From NCBI RefSeq assembly GCF_020745735.1, contig NC_083442.1:8620576-8684575 (forward strand): a stretch of DNA of 64,000 bases. Reading direction: 5' to 3'. Under the pieces are notes generated by a model, which did not search any database, was not told the DNA's origin, and saw only the letters and a program-made list of their open reading frames with translations. This stretch comes from Hemiscyllium ocellatum. Taxonomy: Eukaryota. The translations under genes and the position numbers were made by a program. Positions 1 through 13,915 of this stretch are shown piece after piece; position 1 is the first letter of the stretch; each line of letters opens with the position of its first letter.

Positions 1-454
1 TAAAAAATTGTACTGGTTATTTCTTGTCTGATACTCTGTTGCAGTCCAGTTTTTACATCATTGGATCAAGAGCACAATGTTGTTTGGTATTTAAGACATT
101 TATCGGTTGTTCATTTGCCAAGTTCCTCTGCTATCCAGGGAAGTTGTGTTGTGTTGGCCAAGGGAAACTTCTAATCATTACCTCAGCTGCATTCAAATGG
201 GATTATTTGTAGATAGCTTGAGGAAAGAAGGGATGGAAGAAAACAAGATGGAGCTGTGCTCAGCAGCAGGGCAGTGGAAACTGGAGAGAGGTTTGACTTG
301 ATGGGTAAGGGCAAGGTGGGGGAGAAACTGAAAGGATATGAAGAGGAAGGCTCTCAAACTGTAAGGACTGTTTTATGTATGTAACAGCACGTCAATCTCA
401 TTTCTATTTGTTCAATGCAGACCAAATGATTTAAGTAGTTAAACATCACACTGC

Positions 455-588
455 ACCAGAACTATCTGATGAAGAAGCGTCGCTCTGAAAGTTAGTGCTT
501 CCAAATAAACCTGTTGGATGATAACCTGGTGTTGTGTGGTTTTTAATGTTGTCCACCCCAGCCCAACAACGGCTCCTCCATATCATGA
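455..588 (+). mobile_element. Penelope-like element 3' terminal fragment (family 2)
   Basis: CTGATGAAGAAGCGTCGCTCTGAAAG...AATAAACCTGTTGGA...AACCTGGTGTTGTGTG; the same end recurs at 14.8 kb and 20.2-20.8 kb. Confidence 0.65.
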
Positions 589-823
589 TATAAGTAGAGA
601 AGACTTAATTCAGTATTGATAATGATAACAAAGAATTAAATGCAGAAAAAGCAAAGAAATATTTTATTCTCCTTGAGGATCAATCTTTGAACTATTTGTT
701 CATTAAAGTCATAGCTGCAGATCTTAAGATTCGTGTGACTGCTCTTCACCAATAGGGTACAATCATTTCCAAATCTCTCCTCCTGGTAGAGTGTGTACTT
801 CATGACTGAGGACTTCATGACCT

Positions 824-915
824 CATTCCTGAAGAAGGGCTTATGCCCGAAACATCGATTCTCCTGCTCCTCAGATGCTGCCTAGCCTGCTGTGTTTTTC
901 CAGCACCAGATTTTT
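824..915 (+). mobile_element. Penelope-like element short 3' end (family 1)
   Basis: Matches the termini of the RT/GIY-YIG element at 40.6-46.8 kb (CCTGAAGAAGGGCTTATGCCCGAAAC...GATGCTGCCT...TTTTCCAGCA). Confidence 0.75.
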
Positions 916-1221
916 CAACTTCATGACTGACTACCTCACTTGAATCCACAAGACACAATGCAGTTGAAAAGATATCACATTGTGGAGATATGCTCATGCA
1001 GAATAAAGAGAGTAATAATTCGAACAGCAGACACTATTGTTCTGTGCTTCGTGTGAGTTCAAACCGTTATGGATCTTAAATTGTACAATTTTGCTGCATC
1101 AATGAGGGCCACCGTCCATCTTGTCCAGAATGTGTAATATGGAACAAGTGAAATGAAGTCGGTGATGGGGAAAGAGATTTGTGTGTGCAACAAATGTGTG
1201 TGCATTTGGAAAATGTTGGCA

Positions 1222-1514
1222 GCATGGTGCCACAGTGGTTAGCACTGCTGCCTCACAGAACCAGAGACCCGGATTCAATTCCCACCTCAGGCGACTGACT
1301 GCATGGAGTTTGCATGTTCTCCCCGTGTCTGCGTGGGTTTCCTCCGGGTGCTCCGGTTTCCTCCCACAGTCCAAAGATGTGTAGGTCAAGTGAATTAGTG
1401 ATGCTAAATTGCCCGTAGTGTTAGGTGAAGGGGTAAATGTACGGGTGGGTTGTGGGTCGGTGTGGACTTGTTGGGCCGAAGGGCCTGTTTCCACACTGTA
1501 AGTAATCTAATCTA
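1222..1514 (+). mobile_element. tRNA-derived SINE (shark HE1/V-SINE type)
   Basis: A/B-box-like head (GGTGCCACAGTGGTTAGC...GGATTCAATTCC), V-SINE core (GTTCTCCCCGTGTCTGCGTGGGTTTCCTCCGGGTGCTCCGGTTTCCTCCCACA), CR1-like tail and (TAATC)n end. Confidence 0.85.
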
Positions 1515-1999
1515 AAAAAGTTGAAGCAGGAAACATTTTGCTTTGACAGGTGCTGAAACAAAGTGATAACTCACTGCATTACCGCTAACCTTAATAATTT
1601 CAGTAAAAGCATATTGTTTTGACATTGTATCTCAGTAGTTGTGAGAAGCATAATGAACTGCATAGCTGAATGAGATTGAACAAATAGAACAAAGATTGCA
1701 TTGAATATGACTGAGAGCTGAAGTCTTCATGATGTGAGCACAAATTGATTGCACCAGGACATTACCTGCAGCAAGTCTGGTGAATTAATCAGTCTGGATT
1801 AGTTTTCCTCTATTTGTCTCCCGAATAACTAACTGCAAAAGCAACCAAGGCCTTGCAGCTTGAATGTTTGTTGTTTCCATTAAAGAGGATTAAGGTTAGA
1901 CTTGGCAAGAAGCCAAGTAAAAGCTGCTACCTGGAATTGGACACAATGGGAGTGAATTTCAAACAAAAACGTTAGACTTTTTCTAACCATTAGGAGAAA

Positions 2000-2900
2000 T
2001 TAGGAATTGCAGATGCTGGAGATCAGAGCTGAGTGTGGTGCTGGAAAAGCACAGCAGGTCAGGTAGTATCCGAGATGGAGGAGAATTGATGTTTCAGGCA
2101 TAAGCCCCTCAACAGGAATGAGGTTTGTGGCCTGGGGGATGAGGGATAAATGGGAGAGGGCGGTGTGGCTCGGGGAAAAGTAGCTGGGAATGTGATAGGT
2201 AAATTAAGGCAGGGGAGAAGGTGATAGGTTGGGGAAGAGGGTGGAGTGGATGAATGAGAAAGACGATGGACAGGTCGAGATGGTAGTGCCTTGCTGGAGG
2301 CTTGGGGCTGGAATGAGGTAGGGGGAGGGGATATGAGGAAGTGGGTGAAATCCACATTAATCAGAAAGGGTTTGCAGGGCCCCATGGCAGAAGATAGGGT
2401 GTTCTTCCTCCTGTTGTCGGGTAGTTAGGGAGTGGTGATGGAGGAGGCCCAGGACCTGCATGTCCTTGCTGGAATGGGAGGGGGAGTTGAAGTGTTGTGC
2501 CACAGGGTAGTGGGGTTGGTTGGTGCGGGTGTCTCAGAGATGTTCTCTGAAATAATCTGCAAGTAGGCATCCTGTCTCCCTGATATGGAGGAGACAACAT
2601 CGATTGCAGTAGATTGCAGTTATGGATACAGTAGATGACATTTGTGGAAGTACAGGTCTCTCCGATATACTAATAGGTTTCAGAGAGACCACTCTCTCTG
2701 CGACTTGCTTGTCAGATCCACGTCCCCCAACCAGCCCATACGCCACGCCTGACACCGTCCACTGCAATACAAGAAGTGCAAAATCTGCATCCCATCTCCC
2801 CCTCACTTCCATCCAAGGTCACAAAGGATCTCTTCACATCTAACCTGTGCTTCCACAAATGGAACCTGTTGCATCCGATGTGGTCTTCTCTGTACTGGGG
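2000..2900 (-). mobile_element. Penelope-like element 3' fragments
   Basis: Degenerate GIY-YIG C-terminus (GHAGPGPPP frame equivalent to DMQVLGL) and terminal repeat homologous to 40.6-41.2 kb. Confidence 0.75.
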
Positions 2901-3702
2901 AGACAGGGCGCCAACTTGCAGATCATTTCAGAAAAGTGAAGTATGTAATCACAGTATGATTTATAGGGGGGAATGGATCTTTCAATGGGGTGATATGGTG
3001 AAAGCACTTTGCTGAAATTAATATTATCCTTCTGCCATCCAGCACAGACATATTTTGTTCTGTGAATAAAGAGAAATATGATGAGATGAAAGGTGATCTT
3101 TTCGAAGATCCTGCCAGGTATGAGCATTTCCAGGACACTTTGTTTTGATTTCAGATTTGTAGCATCTGCATATTTTGCTTTTCTCCGGTAACCTTTGGTC
3201 CCATGTTTGAAATTTGGATCTCAGCGAAACAGTAGTTGGTGCCGTAAAATCCTAAAGGATAGCATAAAGAAGCATTATGTTTTGGGCTTGTTGCATTTGC
3301 AAGTGATTATAGATACAAATAAAAAGTTACATGTGAGCACTTTGTCAGCTGATTAACATTTTGATGTGCCACTTGTAAATATTTAATAAGTTGTGAAAGA
3401 TTTACTAATACCGCGAGTTTGTATGTATAGTATTGTGGTAGTGTTGCTCTTCAGTGTAGGACTTTCCCCTTTGTTCAATTAGAGAAAGAATGAGTGAGAA
3501 GATTTGAAAAATAATTGACGTGAGAAAGCAGTAACCCAAAAGAATATTACATTGGCAGCGCCCCAGTGACTGTTATGATTCCTGAAATTGTCCTGTTGCA
3601 TCTGCCACACAGTGAGTTTAAACACTTACTCTGAGCAAAGATCTGCAAGTTGACTGTTATAAATGATAATATTCACTTATTGGAAGCAATTAATACTAGA
3701 CC

Positions 3703-6700
3703 AACATAGAGTCATAGAGATGTACAGCATGAAAATAGACCATTCGGTCCAACCCGTCCATGCCGACCAGATATCCCAACCCAATCTACTCCCACCTGCC
3801 AGCACCCGGCCCATATCCCTCCAAACCCTTCCTATTCATATGCCCACCAAATACCTCTTAAATGTTGCAATTGTACAAGCCTCCACCAATTCCTCTGGCA
3901 GCTGATTCCATACACATACCACCCTCTGCGTGAGAAAGTTGCCCCTTAGGTCTCTTTTATATCTTTCCCCTCTCACCCTAAACCTATGCCCAACCCCAGG
4001 GAAAAGACTTTGCCTATATATTCTATCCATGCCCCTCATAATTTTGTAAGCCTCTATGAGGTCACCCCTCAGCCTCCGACGGTCCAGGGAAAACAGCCCC
4101 AGCCTGTTCAGCCTCTCCCTATAGCTCAAATCCTTCAACCCTGGCAACATCCTTGTAAATCTTTTCTGAACCCTTTCAAATTTTGCAACATCTTTCCAAT
4201 TGGAAGGAGACCAGAATTGCATGCAATACGCCAACAGTGGCCTAACCAATGACCTGTACAGCCGCAACAGACCTCCCAACTCCTGTACTCAATACTCTGT
4301 CTAATCAAGGAAAGCATAGCAAACGCCTTCTTCACTATCTTACCTACCTGCGACTCCACTTTCAAGGAGCTATGAACCTGCACTCCAAGGTCTCTTTGTT
4401 CAGCAACACTACCTCGGACCTTATCATTAAGTGTATAAGTCCTGCTGAGATTTGCTTTCCTAAAATGCAGCACCTCGCATTTATCTGAATTAAACTCCAT
4501 CTGCCACTTCTCAGCCCATTGACCCATCTGGTCCAGATCCTGCTGTAATCTGACGTAACCCTCTTCACTGCCCACTACACCTCCAATTTTTGTGTCAACT
4601 GCAAACTTACTAACTGTACCTCTTTTGCTCACAAAAAATCATTTATGTACATGACAAAAAGTAGAGGACCCAGCACCAATCCTTGTGGCACTCCACTGGT
4701 CACAGGCCCCCAGTCTGAAAAAAAACCCTCCACCACCATGCTCTGTCTTCTATCTTTAGGCTATTTCTATATCCAAACGGCTAGTTCTCTCTTTATTCCA
4801 TGAGATCTAACCTTGCTAATCAGTCTCCCGTGGAGAACCTTGTCGAATGCCTTACTAAAGTCCATAAAGATCTACACTCGGCGGTCATCAATTCTCTTTG
4901 TTACTTCTTCAAACAACCCAATCAAGTTTATGAGACACGATTTCCCACGCACAAAGCCATGTTGACTATCCCTAATCAGTCCTTGCCTTTCCAAATACAT
5001 GTACATCCTGTCCCTCAGAATTCCCGCTAACAACTTGCCCACCACCAAGGTCAGGCCCACTTCCCTGGCTTGTCTTTACCGCCCTTGTTAAACAGTGGCA
5101 CCACGTTTGCAGGGCTCCAGTGTTCTGGCACCTCGCCTGTGACTATTGAATGTACCAATATCTCAGAAAGAGGCCCAGCAATCACTTTTCTCTGGCTTCC
5201 CACAGAGTTCTTGGGTACACCTGATCAGATCCTGGGGATTTATCCACCTTTACTTTTTGCAAGACATCCAGCACTTTCTCCTCTGTAATCTGGACATTTT
5301 GCAAGATGTCACCATCTATTTCCCGACAGTCTATATCTTCCATATCCTTTTCCACAGTAAATATCGATCCAAAATATTCATTCTGTATCTCCCCCATTTT
5401 CTGTGGCTCCACAGCTGATCTTTGAGGGGCCCTATTCTCCCCCTAGTTACCCTTTTGTCCTTAATATATTTGTAAAAACCCTTTGGATTCTCCTTAATTC
5501 TATTTTCCAAAGCTATCTCATGTCCCCTTTTTGCCCTCCTGATTTCCCTCTTAAGTATACTCCTACTTCCTTTATACTCTTCTAAGGATTCACTCGATCT
5601 ATCCTGTCTATACCTGACATATGCTTCCTTCTTTTTCTTAACCAAACCCTCAATTTCTTTAGTCATTCAGCATTCCCTATACCTACCAGCCTTTTCTTTC
5701 ACACTGACAGGAATATAGTTTCTCTGGATTCTTGTTATCTCATTTCTGAAGGCTTCCCATTTTCCAGCCATCCCTTTACCTGCGAAAACCTGCCTCCAAT
5801 CAGCTTTCAAAAGTTCTTGCCGAATACTGTCAAAATTGGCCTTTCTCCAATTTAGAACTTCAACTTTTAGACCTGGTCTATCCTTTTCCATCACTATTTT
5901 AAAACGAATGAAATTATGGTTGCTGGCCTCAAAGTGCTCCCCCATTGCCACCTCAGTCACCTGCCCTGCCTTATTTCCCAAGAGTAGGTTGAATTTTGCA
6001 CCTTCTCTAGTAGGAACATCCACATCCTGAATCAGAAAATTGTCTTAAGAAATTCCTCTCCATCTAAACCTTTAACACTATGGCTAGGAATTGGATTAGG
6101 AATTGGCTAGCTGGAAGGAGACAGAGGGTAGTAGTTGATGGTATAGGTTCATCTTGGAGTGCAGTTACTAACAGTGTTCCACAAGGATCTGTTTTGGGAC
6201 CATTGCTGTTTGTCATTTTTATAAATGACCTGGAGGAGGGGCTTGAAGGCTGGGTGAGCAAGTTTGTGGATGACACGAAAGTCGATGGAGTTGTTGACAG
6301 TGAAGAAGGATGTGGCAGGTTACAGCGGGATATACATAAGTTGCAGAGCTGGGCAGAAAGGTGGCAAATGGAGTTCAATGTAGCTAAGTGTGAAGTCATT
6401 CACTTTGGTAGGAGTAACAAGAAGATGGATTACTGGGCTAATGGTAGGCTACTTGGTAGTGTGGATGAGCAGAGGGATCTTGGTGTCCATGTACACAGAT
6501 CTCTGAAAGTTGCCACCGAGGTAAATAGTGCTGTGAAGAAGGCATATGGTGTACTGAGCTTTATTGGTAGAGGAATTGAGTTCCGGAGTCCTGAGGTCAT
6601 GTTGCAGTTGTATAAGACTCTGGTGCGGCCTCATCTGGAGTATTGTGTGCAGTTTTGGTCACCATACTATAGGAAGGATGTGGAGGCATTGGAACGAGTG

Positions 6701-8900
6701 CAGAGGAGGTTTACCAGGATGTTGCCTGGCATGGTAGGAAGATCGTATGAGGAAAGGCTGAGGCACTTGGGGCTTTTCTCATTGGAGAAAAGAAGGTTTA
6801 GGGGAGATTTGATAGAGGTGTACAAGATGATTAGGGGTTTAGATAGGGTTGACAGTGAGAACCTTTTTCTGCTAATGGAGTCAGCTGTTACTAGGGGACA
6901 CAGCTTTAAATTAAGGGGTGGTAGGTATAGGACAGATGTTAGGGGTAGATTTTTTACTCAGCGGGTTGTGAGTTCATGGAATGCCCTGCCAGTAGCAGTG
7001 GTGGACTCTCCCTCTTTATGGTCATTTAAGCGGGCATTGGACGAGCATATGGAGGTTATTGGGCTAGTGTAGGTTAGGTAGGCTTCGGTCGGCGCAACAT
7101 CGAGTGCCAAAGGGCCTGTACTGTGCTGTATTTTTCTATGTTCTATTAGGGGGTCTTTAACACAATCCCAATAAGGTGATCATCTTTTTCTTATTTTCAG
7201 TTCCACCCAAATAACTTCCCTGGATGTATTTCCGGGAATATCCTCCCTCAGCATAGCTGTAATGCTATCCTTTATCAAAAATGCCACTCCCCCTCCTCTC
7301 TTGCCTCCTTTTCTATACTTCCTGTAGCATTTTTATCCTGGCACCTTAAGCTGCCAGTCCTACCCATCCCTGAGCCATGTTTCTGTAATTGCTCTGATAT
7401 CTCAGTCCCATGTTCGTAACCATGCCCTGAGTTCATCTGCTTTCCCTGTTAGGCCCCTTGCATTGAAATCAATGCAGTTTAAATTATTAGTCCTACCTTG
7501 TCTCTGCCTGCCCTGACAGTTTGACTCACTTCTGTTCTCAACTGTACCAGTCTCAGATCGATCCTTTTCCTCACTATCTCCCTGGATGCCACCACCCCCC
7601 CCCCCAACTTACGATTTTAATCCTCCCGAGCAGTTCCAGCAAATTTCCCTGCCAGTATATTAGTCCCCATCAAATGTAGGTGCAATCTGTCCGTCTTGTA
7701 CAGGTCACTTCTCCCCCAAAAGAGATTCCAATGATCCAAAAATGTAAATCCTTCTTCCATACACCAGCTCCTCAGCCATGCATTCATCTGCTCTATCCTC
7801 CTATTCCTGTCCTCACTAGCTAGTAGCACTGGGAGTAATCCAGATATTATTATCCTTGAGGACCTCATTTTTAAATTTCTGCCTAACTGTCTGTAATCTC
7901 CCTTCAGAATCTCAACTTTTTCCCTTCCTATATCATTGGTTCCAATGTAGACATTGACCTCTTGCTGGTACCTCTACCCTGTGAGAACATTCTGCACCCT
8001 CTCTGAGACATCCTTGATCCTGGCACAGAGAAACAACACACCATTCTGCTTTCTCTCTGCTGGCCACAGAAAGGTCTGTCTGTTCCTTGGACTACAGAAT
8101 CCCCTGACACAATTGATCTCTTGGAAGCAGATGTACCCCTTTTTGCATTAGAGCCAGTCTCAATACCAGAAACTTGGCTGTTCATGCTATATTCCCCTGA
8201 GAATCCATACCCGCCCCCCTACATTTTCCAAAACAGCATACCTGTTTGAAATGGGTATATCCACAAAGGACTCCCGCTCTAGGCGCCTACTTCTCTTACC
8301 CTTCCTGGAGTTAGCCCATCTATGTGACTGTATCTGAGACTTTCCCTCCCTTCCTATAACTGCCATCCATCACATACTGATGCTGTTGCAAATTCCTCAT
8401 TGCTTCTAACTCTCACTCCAACCGACCCATTCGATCTGATAAGATTCGCAGACTACAGCATTTATGGTAGATATAATCCGCAGTGACTCTTAAACGTTCT
8501 TTAAACTCCCACATCTGACAAGAAGTACATATCACTGCAAAAGACATTTTTGCTCCTTCACAATCTACAGACCCAGAAAACAACACTGTCTTATTCCTCT
8601 ACAAAACACTGCACCAGATTAAATTAATAGTTATGGCGTATATTTTAAGTTTAATCAAGAGACTTATCTCCAAAAACACACAATTAACAAAGAACCCACT
8701 CTACTCACTACTGCAGCCTTTCTATTGGCCAGACTTAAAACAACGATTAACTTATCTGATTCTGTGCTGTGAACTTCGCTCGAACAGGTTCCTCCAAGAT
8801 TAGTTGTGAAATTCACCATTTGTTAATTTTCCTAGATGCACTCTGATGTCCAGTGATACATGAATTCAAAAACAACAAAGGCAGTAACTGTGCAGGTTCT
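3703..8900 (-). mobile_element. Near-full-length, decayed CR1 LINE split by a younger CR1 insertion
   Basis: 3' tail (CTATGA)n at about 3705; RT fragments (KFAVDTKIGG; RPLLAYCMQFWSP); endonuclease fragments at 5.7-6.0 and 7.2-7.5 kb; ORF1 esterase (IISGLLP...NAWLRSWC...FLDHW) and CQMWEF zinc-finger region at 7.6-8.5 kb. Confidence 0.88.
6080..7145 (+). mobile_element. Young 5'-truncated CR1 LINE (RT C-terminal half)
   Basis: Uninterrupted 330-aa ORF with [19 protein letters not shown] and RPHLEYCVQFWSP, followed by a (TCTATGT)n tail. Confidence 0.92.
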
Positions 8901-8928
8901 CTCTCTCTCTCTCTCTCTCCCTCTCCCT

Positions 8929-8959
<31 letters not shown>

Positions 8960-8960
8960 C
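8898..8960. repeat. (CT)n / (CTCTCC)n microsatellite
   Basis: Directly visible. Confidence 0.9.
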
Positions 8961-9399
8961 CCCTCCTCACCATCAATACTATCTTCTGCTTTAACTTAAC
9001 TTCGTCTGATCATATACCCACACTAGATCTTGGCCGGCTTCTACATGCTGCTGTCAGTTTCTCCTGGTGGTCTTGGAGGTGTCTTCTCTTCAGAGGTTAT
9101 TCTCAAGTTACTACACTCGCCCGTTTGGAAAAGTCTGAGGATCTGCCAATGGATTGATCAGGTTTGGTCACCCTGATCAATCAGACCCAACCCAGGTGTT
9201 GGCACATTCACTATCCTTTTTTCTTCAGTTGCCCCACAAGAGGTTGTGGCCTGGTGTTCTGAGGCTTCATGCAGACACAGTGTGTGACACAGACATAGGC
9301 TGTAGGTTGTCCAGAGGAGTGGTTTGGATTTTGTGGGCATGATGTGGAAAGAGACAATGGAAGATGAGTTTTAAGATGTGGGATGCAAACACGCAAGTC

Positions 9400-9990
9400 G
9401 AACTGTGGCACTGAAAATGCACAAAGTCAGGCAGCATCTGAGGAGCAGGAGAATCACTGCTTCTTGCATAAGCCCTTCATCAGGAATGTGGGAGGGGGCA
9501 GGGGTCGCAAGCTAACTAGGAGGAGGGAGTGGGGAAAGTTAGCTGGGAAGATTATAGTTAGATACAGGTGGTGGGGGGTAATTGTCATAAGTCAAAGCAG
9601 AGGGTGGAGCAGATAGGTGGGAAAGAAGATAAATAGATAGGACAGGTGTAGAGGGAGCTGCTGAGTTGGAGGATTGGGATTGGGATGAGGTGAGGAGAGG
9701 GGAGGTGAGGAAACTGATGAAACCAACATTGATGCCGTGTGGTTGGAAGGTCACAAGTCGGAAGATGAGGCATTCTTCCTCCAGATGTTGGGTGGCTTAG
9801 ATTTAGCATTAGATTGAGGAGACCCAGGACTTGCATGTCCTTAGCAGAGTGGGAGGAGGAGTTGAAGTGTTAGGCCACGGGTGGTGGGGTTGATTGATGC
9901 TTGTGTCTCACAGATTCCCAGAAGTACTTCTCTTGTTGGTGTCCTTCTCCCCAATGTAGCAGATACCACATCGACAGCAATGGACACATT
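9400..9990 (-). mobile_element. Penelope-like element 3' fragment
   Basis: Homologous to 40.6-41.2 kb. Confidence 0.75.
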
Positions 9991-9994
9991 AGAT

Positions 9995-11180
9995 GGCGTG
10001 TGTGGATGTGCAAGAATAACTCAGATGTGATCTGTATGGACTTCAGTAAGGTGTTTGACAAGGTTTCCCATGGAAGACTGATTAGCAAGTTAGATCTTGC
10101 TGAATACAGGGAGAACTAGCCGTTTGGATGCAGAACTGGCTCAAAACTAGAAGACAGAGGATGGTGGTGGAAGGTTGTCTTTCAGATTGGAACCTGTGAC
10201 CAGTGGAGTGCCACAAGGATCAGTGCTGGGTCCTCTACTTTTTGTCATTTACATAAATGATTTGAATGCGAGCATAAGTGGTACAGTTAGTAAGTTTGCT
10301 GATGACACTAAAGTTGGAGGTGAAGTGGATAGCGAAGAGAGTTACCTCAGATTACAATAGGATCTTGACCAGATGGGCCAATGGGCTGAGAAGTGGCAGA
10401 TGGAGTTTAATTCAGATAAATGTGAGGTGCTGCATTTTTGGGAAAGCAAATCTTAGCAGGAATTATACATTTAATGGTAAGGTCCTAGGGAGTGTTGCTG
10501 AATAAAGAGGCCTTGGAGTGCAACTTCATAGCTCCTTAAAAGTGGAGTCGCAGGTAGATAGGATAGTGAAGAAGGCATTTGGTATGCTTTCCTTTATTGG
10601 TCAGAGCATTGAATACAGGAGTTAGGAGGTCATGTTGTGGCTGTACAAGACATTGGTTAGGCCACTGTTGGAATATTGAGTGCAATTCTGGTCTCCTTCC
10701 TATCGGAAAGATGTTGTGAAACTTGAAAAGGTTCAGAAAGATTTACAAGGATGTTGCCAGGGTTGAAGGATTTGAGCTAAAGGGAGAGGCTGAACAGACT
10801 GGGGCTGTTTTCCCTGGAGCGTCAGAGGCTGAGGAGTGACCTTATAGAGATTTGCAAAATTATGAGGGGCATGGATAGGATATATAGGCAAAGTTTTTTC
10901 CCTAGGGTTGGGGAGTCAAGAACTAGAGGGCACAGTTTGGGGAAAGATACAGAAGAGATCTAAGGGGCAACTTCTTCACACAGAGGTTGGTACATGTATG
11001 GAATGAGCTGCCAGAGGAAGTGGTGGAGTCTGCTACAATTGCAACATTTAAAAGGCATTTGGATGGGTATATGAATAGGAAGGGTTTGGAGGGATATGGA
11101 CCGGGTGCTGGCAGGTGGGACTAGATTGGGTTGAGATATCTGGTCAGCGTGGACGGGTTGGACTGAAGGGTTTGTTTCCA
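9995..11180 (+). mobile_element. CR1 LINE 3' fragment (older subfamily)
   Basis: [35 protein letters not shown] with stops and frameshifts; same subfamily as 3.7-4.9 kb and 60.9-61.9 kb. Confidence 0.88.
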
Positions 11181-11545
11181 TGACTTTATGTGGAAGGTTC
11201 CTTTGGGGCCTTGAATGGAGGTGAGGGGAGGTGTCACCGCAGGTTTTACAGCTTTAGTGGTGGCAAGAAAAGTTGCTGGGAGTGGAAGGTAGGTTGATGG
11301 GGGGACATGGTCACTGGAAATGGAGATGGAAAGGTCCGGTAACGGGAAGGACATATTCAAGATGGTCCAGGTGAAATTGAGGTCAGGGTGGAAGGTGTTC
11401 GTGAAGTTGATAAACTGATAAACCTCCTCATGTTAGCGCGAGATGGCGCTGATACCGTCATCAATGTACTGGAGGAAAAGGTAGGGAATGGTGTCAGTGT
11501 AACTTCAGAAGATGGACTGTTCCATGTATCCGTTGAAGAGGCAGG
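11180..11545 (-). mobile_element. Penelope-like RT/EN fragments
   Basis: Homologous to the RT (HPDLKFTWTIS-like) and QGPKG regions of the 45-46 kb element. Confidence 0.6.
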
Positions 11546-12379
11546 GAGTTACAGCTGAACTCTGTCAGAAATGGACTTGTTACTGTGCTACTTAGTTTTG
11601 GAAATTTACGTATGTTACAGAGTTGGAAAATCTTTAGATCAGAGTGCTGAAGGATCACGGAGTGGTCATCAAGAAGAAGAAAAAATGTGTGTGCTTCTCT
11701 TGGAAGTTTGCAATGGTAAAGTTGTTTATTTTTCTTTGTGCTCAATTATAGCAAAGTCTAAGGGAACTGGAGCCAAAGATTTTGTTTCCAATCCTTATCA
11801 TTGACTATGTCGGCCTTAATGTAATGTGGTGTCTGGAAACTGGCATTGTCCTTTACCGAAGCATCATCAACATTAATAAGATTCATACTTCACAAGGTCG
11901 TTTTAATGCTTTGCGCTTGAAGAAGAAAAATTCTTTGTTATCCTATGGGATCATTATTTAAGCTTGGGTCTCAGTTTTAAATTGATTCCTGTTGTGCTGG
12001 CATGAATGAAACTTAATTCAATTATGGCCAAAGTGAGGTCGTGGATGGGTGTGGAGTGGGTGATGAAACTTAAAGTAAGTACCTTGCAATATGTTCACTC
12101 AAGATACAATGTCCCTGTTTCTGTAGCAGCCATTTGATTCCAAAATTCACATCAAAATTGAGCCCTTGAGCTTTGCAAGGAATTGCTGATTTCAGGAGTG
12201 CAGAAGAAGCAAACACTCTTCTCACGTTGGCATTCCATGTTTCCATTGATGGTTGCCATCCTTACAGTGCGCAGGCTAACATTAACTCTGTGCATCTCAT
12301 CATTTCAATGCAAGGGAAATGCAAGGGAGTGCCGTTACTAAAAGTGAAAACTGCTTTTAAGAGCTTTTTCTTGTTTTAC

Positions 12380-12670
12380 CAGGCAAGAACAAGGACTGCA
12401 GATGCTGGAAATCAGAGTGTAGATTAGAGTGGTGCTGGCAAAGCGCAGCAGGTCAGGCAGCGTCCGTGGAACAGAAAAGCCCTTCATCAATAAGATGACT
12501 ATGGAGGATGGATGGTCCCACATATCTGGTGAAGAGGCAGGGTGTTACAGCTGAACTCTGTCAGAAATGGACTTGATGAAGGGCTTTTGCCCGAAACATC
12601 GATTTTTCTGCTCCTCGGATGCTGCCTGACCTGTTGTGGTTTTCCAGCACCACTTTAATCTCGACTCTTT
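12380..12670. mobile_element. Penelope-derived fold-back (hairpin) element
   Basis: Inverted copies of the family-1 terminus flank a loop of about 90 nt. Confidence 0.7.
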
Positions 12671-13574
12671 TCTTCTTTTACTGTGAACAGATTCTGCATT
12701 GAGTATCAACACAACATGAGTGTAAATAGATTTTATGTCAAATTTGGACATGGTGCTAATTTGATTTTTTGTCAATGTAATTAATGCTGCAAACTTTCCT
12801 TAAAGTGTGGGAGAACTTCTGTAAGCGTTTCTGCAGAATATTTTAGTGCTGTTGTGAAAGCATTTCATGTAGAAGGCAACGTGTCCTCATTCTTCTGCAG
12901 GAGTCTGTGATTATATATAATTTCTTATATTTGCATTCTAGTTGCAAAGTTCGAGGTACTTGTCCATTCAAAGGGGTTTACTTTTTTTTTCTACTGCATG
13001 AGCAGTGACAAAACTGGGGCTGGGAGACAGAAGAAGGAGCTGTTTAAAACATGTTCTTCAACAGAGACTAAATCAAACAAGCAGCCAGCAAAGGTACAAG
13101 ATTGTGCGGGGGTACATATGATTTGTCTCCCTTTACCTTTTCTCCTTTTATACAAAACCAATTTGTCTGTGTTTTAAATATGTATATCGGGGTTATGGAG
13201 AGGTTAGTTAATCTGTTTGAAATCGGATGAAATTGTCTATTTACTTACATTAGAGTTGAGGTAGAGATGAGATCTGCCATGATTATATTAAAGGGCACAG
13301 CAGGCATGTGGGGCTGAATTGCTAACTGCTCCAAGTTCTTATGCTCTCATTGGGAGTACGTTTATCAAAAATCTTGTTTGGGTTAATTGTGTTTCAAGCA
13401 TTAAAAGGAAGCGAACCAAGGAGATTTCCCTACTTCTTTTTTCTTCTTTAGAAAATAGCACAGTGCAGCACAGTGCTCGTTGCACAATGGATAATGCATC
13501 TGATTAGGGATTCCGAGATAGTAGGTTCCTCTCGGGCTCGAGTGTACTTCAAAACTTCTTCTTGTTTTAAAGTA

Positions 13575-13915
13575 GCACAATGGCTCAATGGTTAACACTG
13601 CTGCCTCACAGCAGCAGGGACCTGAGTTTGATCTCAGCCTTGGGCGTCTGTATGGAGTTTGTACATTCTGCCTGTGTCTGCGTGGGTTTTCTCCAGGTGC
13701 CCCGGTTTCCTCCCACAGTCCAAGGATGTGAAGGTTAGGCGAATTGGCCGTGCTAAATTGCCCATCGTGCTCAGGGATGTGCAGGTTAGGTGCATTAGTC
13801 AGGGGTAAAGTGTAGAATAATAGGGTAGGGGGAAGAGTCTAGGTGGGTTACTCTTCGGAGGGTCAGTGTGGACATGTTGGGCCAAATGGTCTGTTTTCAT
13901 ACTGTAGGGATTCTA
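13575..13915 (+). mobile_element. tRNA-derived V-SINE (older variant)
   Basis: Same head and core as 1222-1514, more diverged, with a longer 3' region. Confidence 0.8.
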
